Source: Chiloscyllium plagiosum (taxonomy: Eukaryota). From it: 34,674 nucleotides of DNA. Numbering within the stretch: the first letter of the stretch is position 1; every line of letters begins with the position of its first letter. Shown piece by piece: positions 33,720-34,674 of the stretch. The stretch lies in contig NC_057751.1 in the NCBI RefSeq assembly GCF_004010195.1, positions 3,124,251 through 3,158,924 on the forward strand. The letters run 5' to 3'. The notes beneath the pieces were generated by a model. That model ran no database searches and was not told the origin of the DNA. It saw only the letters and a list, made by a program, of their open reading frames with translations. A program made the position numbers and the translations under genes.

Positions 33720-34420
33720 GGGAGGACGGGGTCCCACGGGGACCAGGCTTGGCTATTCACCGTGAACATCCAGAACCGGGAGGAAGGGACAGATTGTACA
33801 ACACCCAATTTGGACAATGACACCAAGGCTGGTGGGGAACACAGGAGGTGTGAGTGACCCCATTGCAGAATACAGACTGGGTGAGTGGGGTCTGCAGTGA
33901 GATTCAGACTGGGTGAGGGGAGTCTGCAGTGGGATACAGACTGGGTGAGGGGGGTCTGCAATGGGATACAGACTGGGTGAGTGGGGTCTGCAGTGGTATA
34001 CAGACTGGGTGTGGGGAGTCCGCAGTGGGATACAGACTGGGTGTAGGGGAGACTTCAGTGGGATACAGACTGGGTGAGGGGAGTCTGCAGTGGGATACAG
34101 ACTGGTTGAGGGGGGTCTGCAGTGGGATACAGACTGGGTGAGGGGAGTCTGCAGTGGGATACAGACTGGGCGAGGGGGGTCTGCAGGTGAGTCCGAGCTG
34201 CAGTGACATTTGGCTGAGTGTGAATGTATCCAGTTCCTCAGGAAGGACCAGTGTAGGGGTTCTGCGGTTGTGGTTCTGGGGAGATGGGGGGAGATCTTGC
34301 GCATGAATGACAGGGAGTCAGTTTGCAGGTCCCAGGGACTGAGAGAGAAGGCTAATGGAGCATTGTCCTTCTCAAGGACAATGTAAGGACAGAGGTCTGA
34401 CTGCAGTCGGACTGGCCTTT
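33720..34420 (+). mobile_element. Decayed CR1 RT region hosting a minisatellite
   Basis: LFTVNIQNREEGTDCTTPNLDNDTKAGG (= LFTIYINDLDEG..ISKFADDTKLGG) before the array, and V.LQV...REKANGALSF after it. Confidence 0.7.
33864..34186 (+). repeat. 32-bp minisatellite, ~10 copies
   Basis: Unit CTGCAGTGGGATACAGACTGGGTGAGGGGAGT; period 32 (33905/33937). Confidence 0.96.
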
Positions 34421-34486
34421 GGTAATGTCCCTGCTGGGATAGTGTGTCCAGTGCCGGGCTCCTGATTGGAACTGGGTGGCTGCTGT

Positions 34487-34674
34487 GGGTTGATACAGAA
34501 CTGGCTCAAAGGTAAGAGACAGACGGTGGGGGTGGAGGGTTGTTTTTCAGACTGGAGGTCTGTGACCAGTGGAGTGCCACAAGGATTGGTGCTGGGTCCT
34601 CTACTTTTTGTCATTTATATAAATGATTTGGATGCGAGTATAAGAGGTACAGTTAGTAAGTTTGCAGATGACAC
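34487..34674 (+). mobile_element. Young CR1 RT fragment, runs off the right edge
   Basis: [60 protein letters not shown]. Confidence 0.95.

Noticed and set aside
33753..34304. Repetitive Cys/His/Pro ORFs resembling zinc fingers
   Set aside because: Translations of the 32-bp minisatellite.
8500..34674. EIF4EBP1 or other syntenic gene exons
   Set aside because: No YSTTPGG/YDRKFL-type peptide was seen in the track or by eye; it probably lies outside the window.

Overview
Eukaryotic genomic DNA, very probably a shark, judged from HE1/V-SINE, Deu-SINE and CR1 repeat families recognised from memory. It has two N-gaps and no prokaryotic systems. Two genes lie on the minus strand. One is a beta-3-type adrenergic receptor (ADRB3, ATG at 7714) with a CRE+TATA promoter and an ATTAAA poly(A) signal. 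The other, downstream, is the first coding exon of a GOT1L1-like aminotransferase (465-312), which the ORF track misses; the pair matches the human ADRB3-GOT1L1 neighbourhood. From about 8.5 kb onward the window is intergenic and full of nested CR1 LINEs, SINEs, a possible solo LTR, Penelope-type hammerhead-ribozyme relics and minisatellites, at least one of which arose inside a CR1 RT region. The most striking observation is an apparent 1-nt frameshift in a (CTG)5 run in ADRB3: the +1 frame restores a Cys-containing ADRB3-like tail that ends in TAA-TGA-TAG. I cannot support a wholly new biological system here. Repeat boundaries are approximate and were read by eye.
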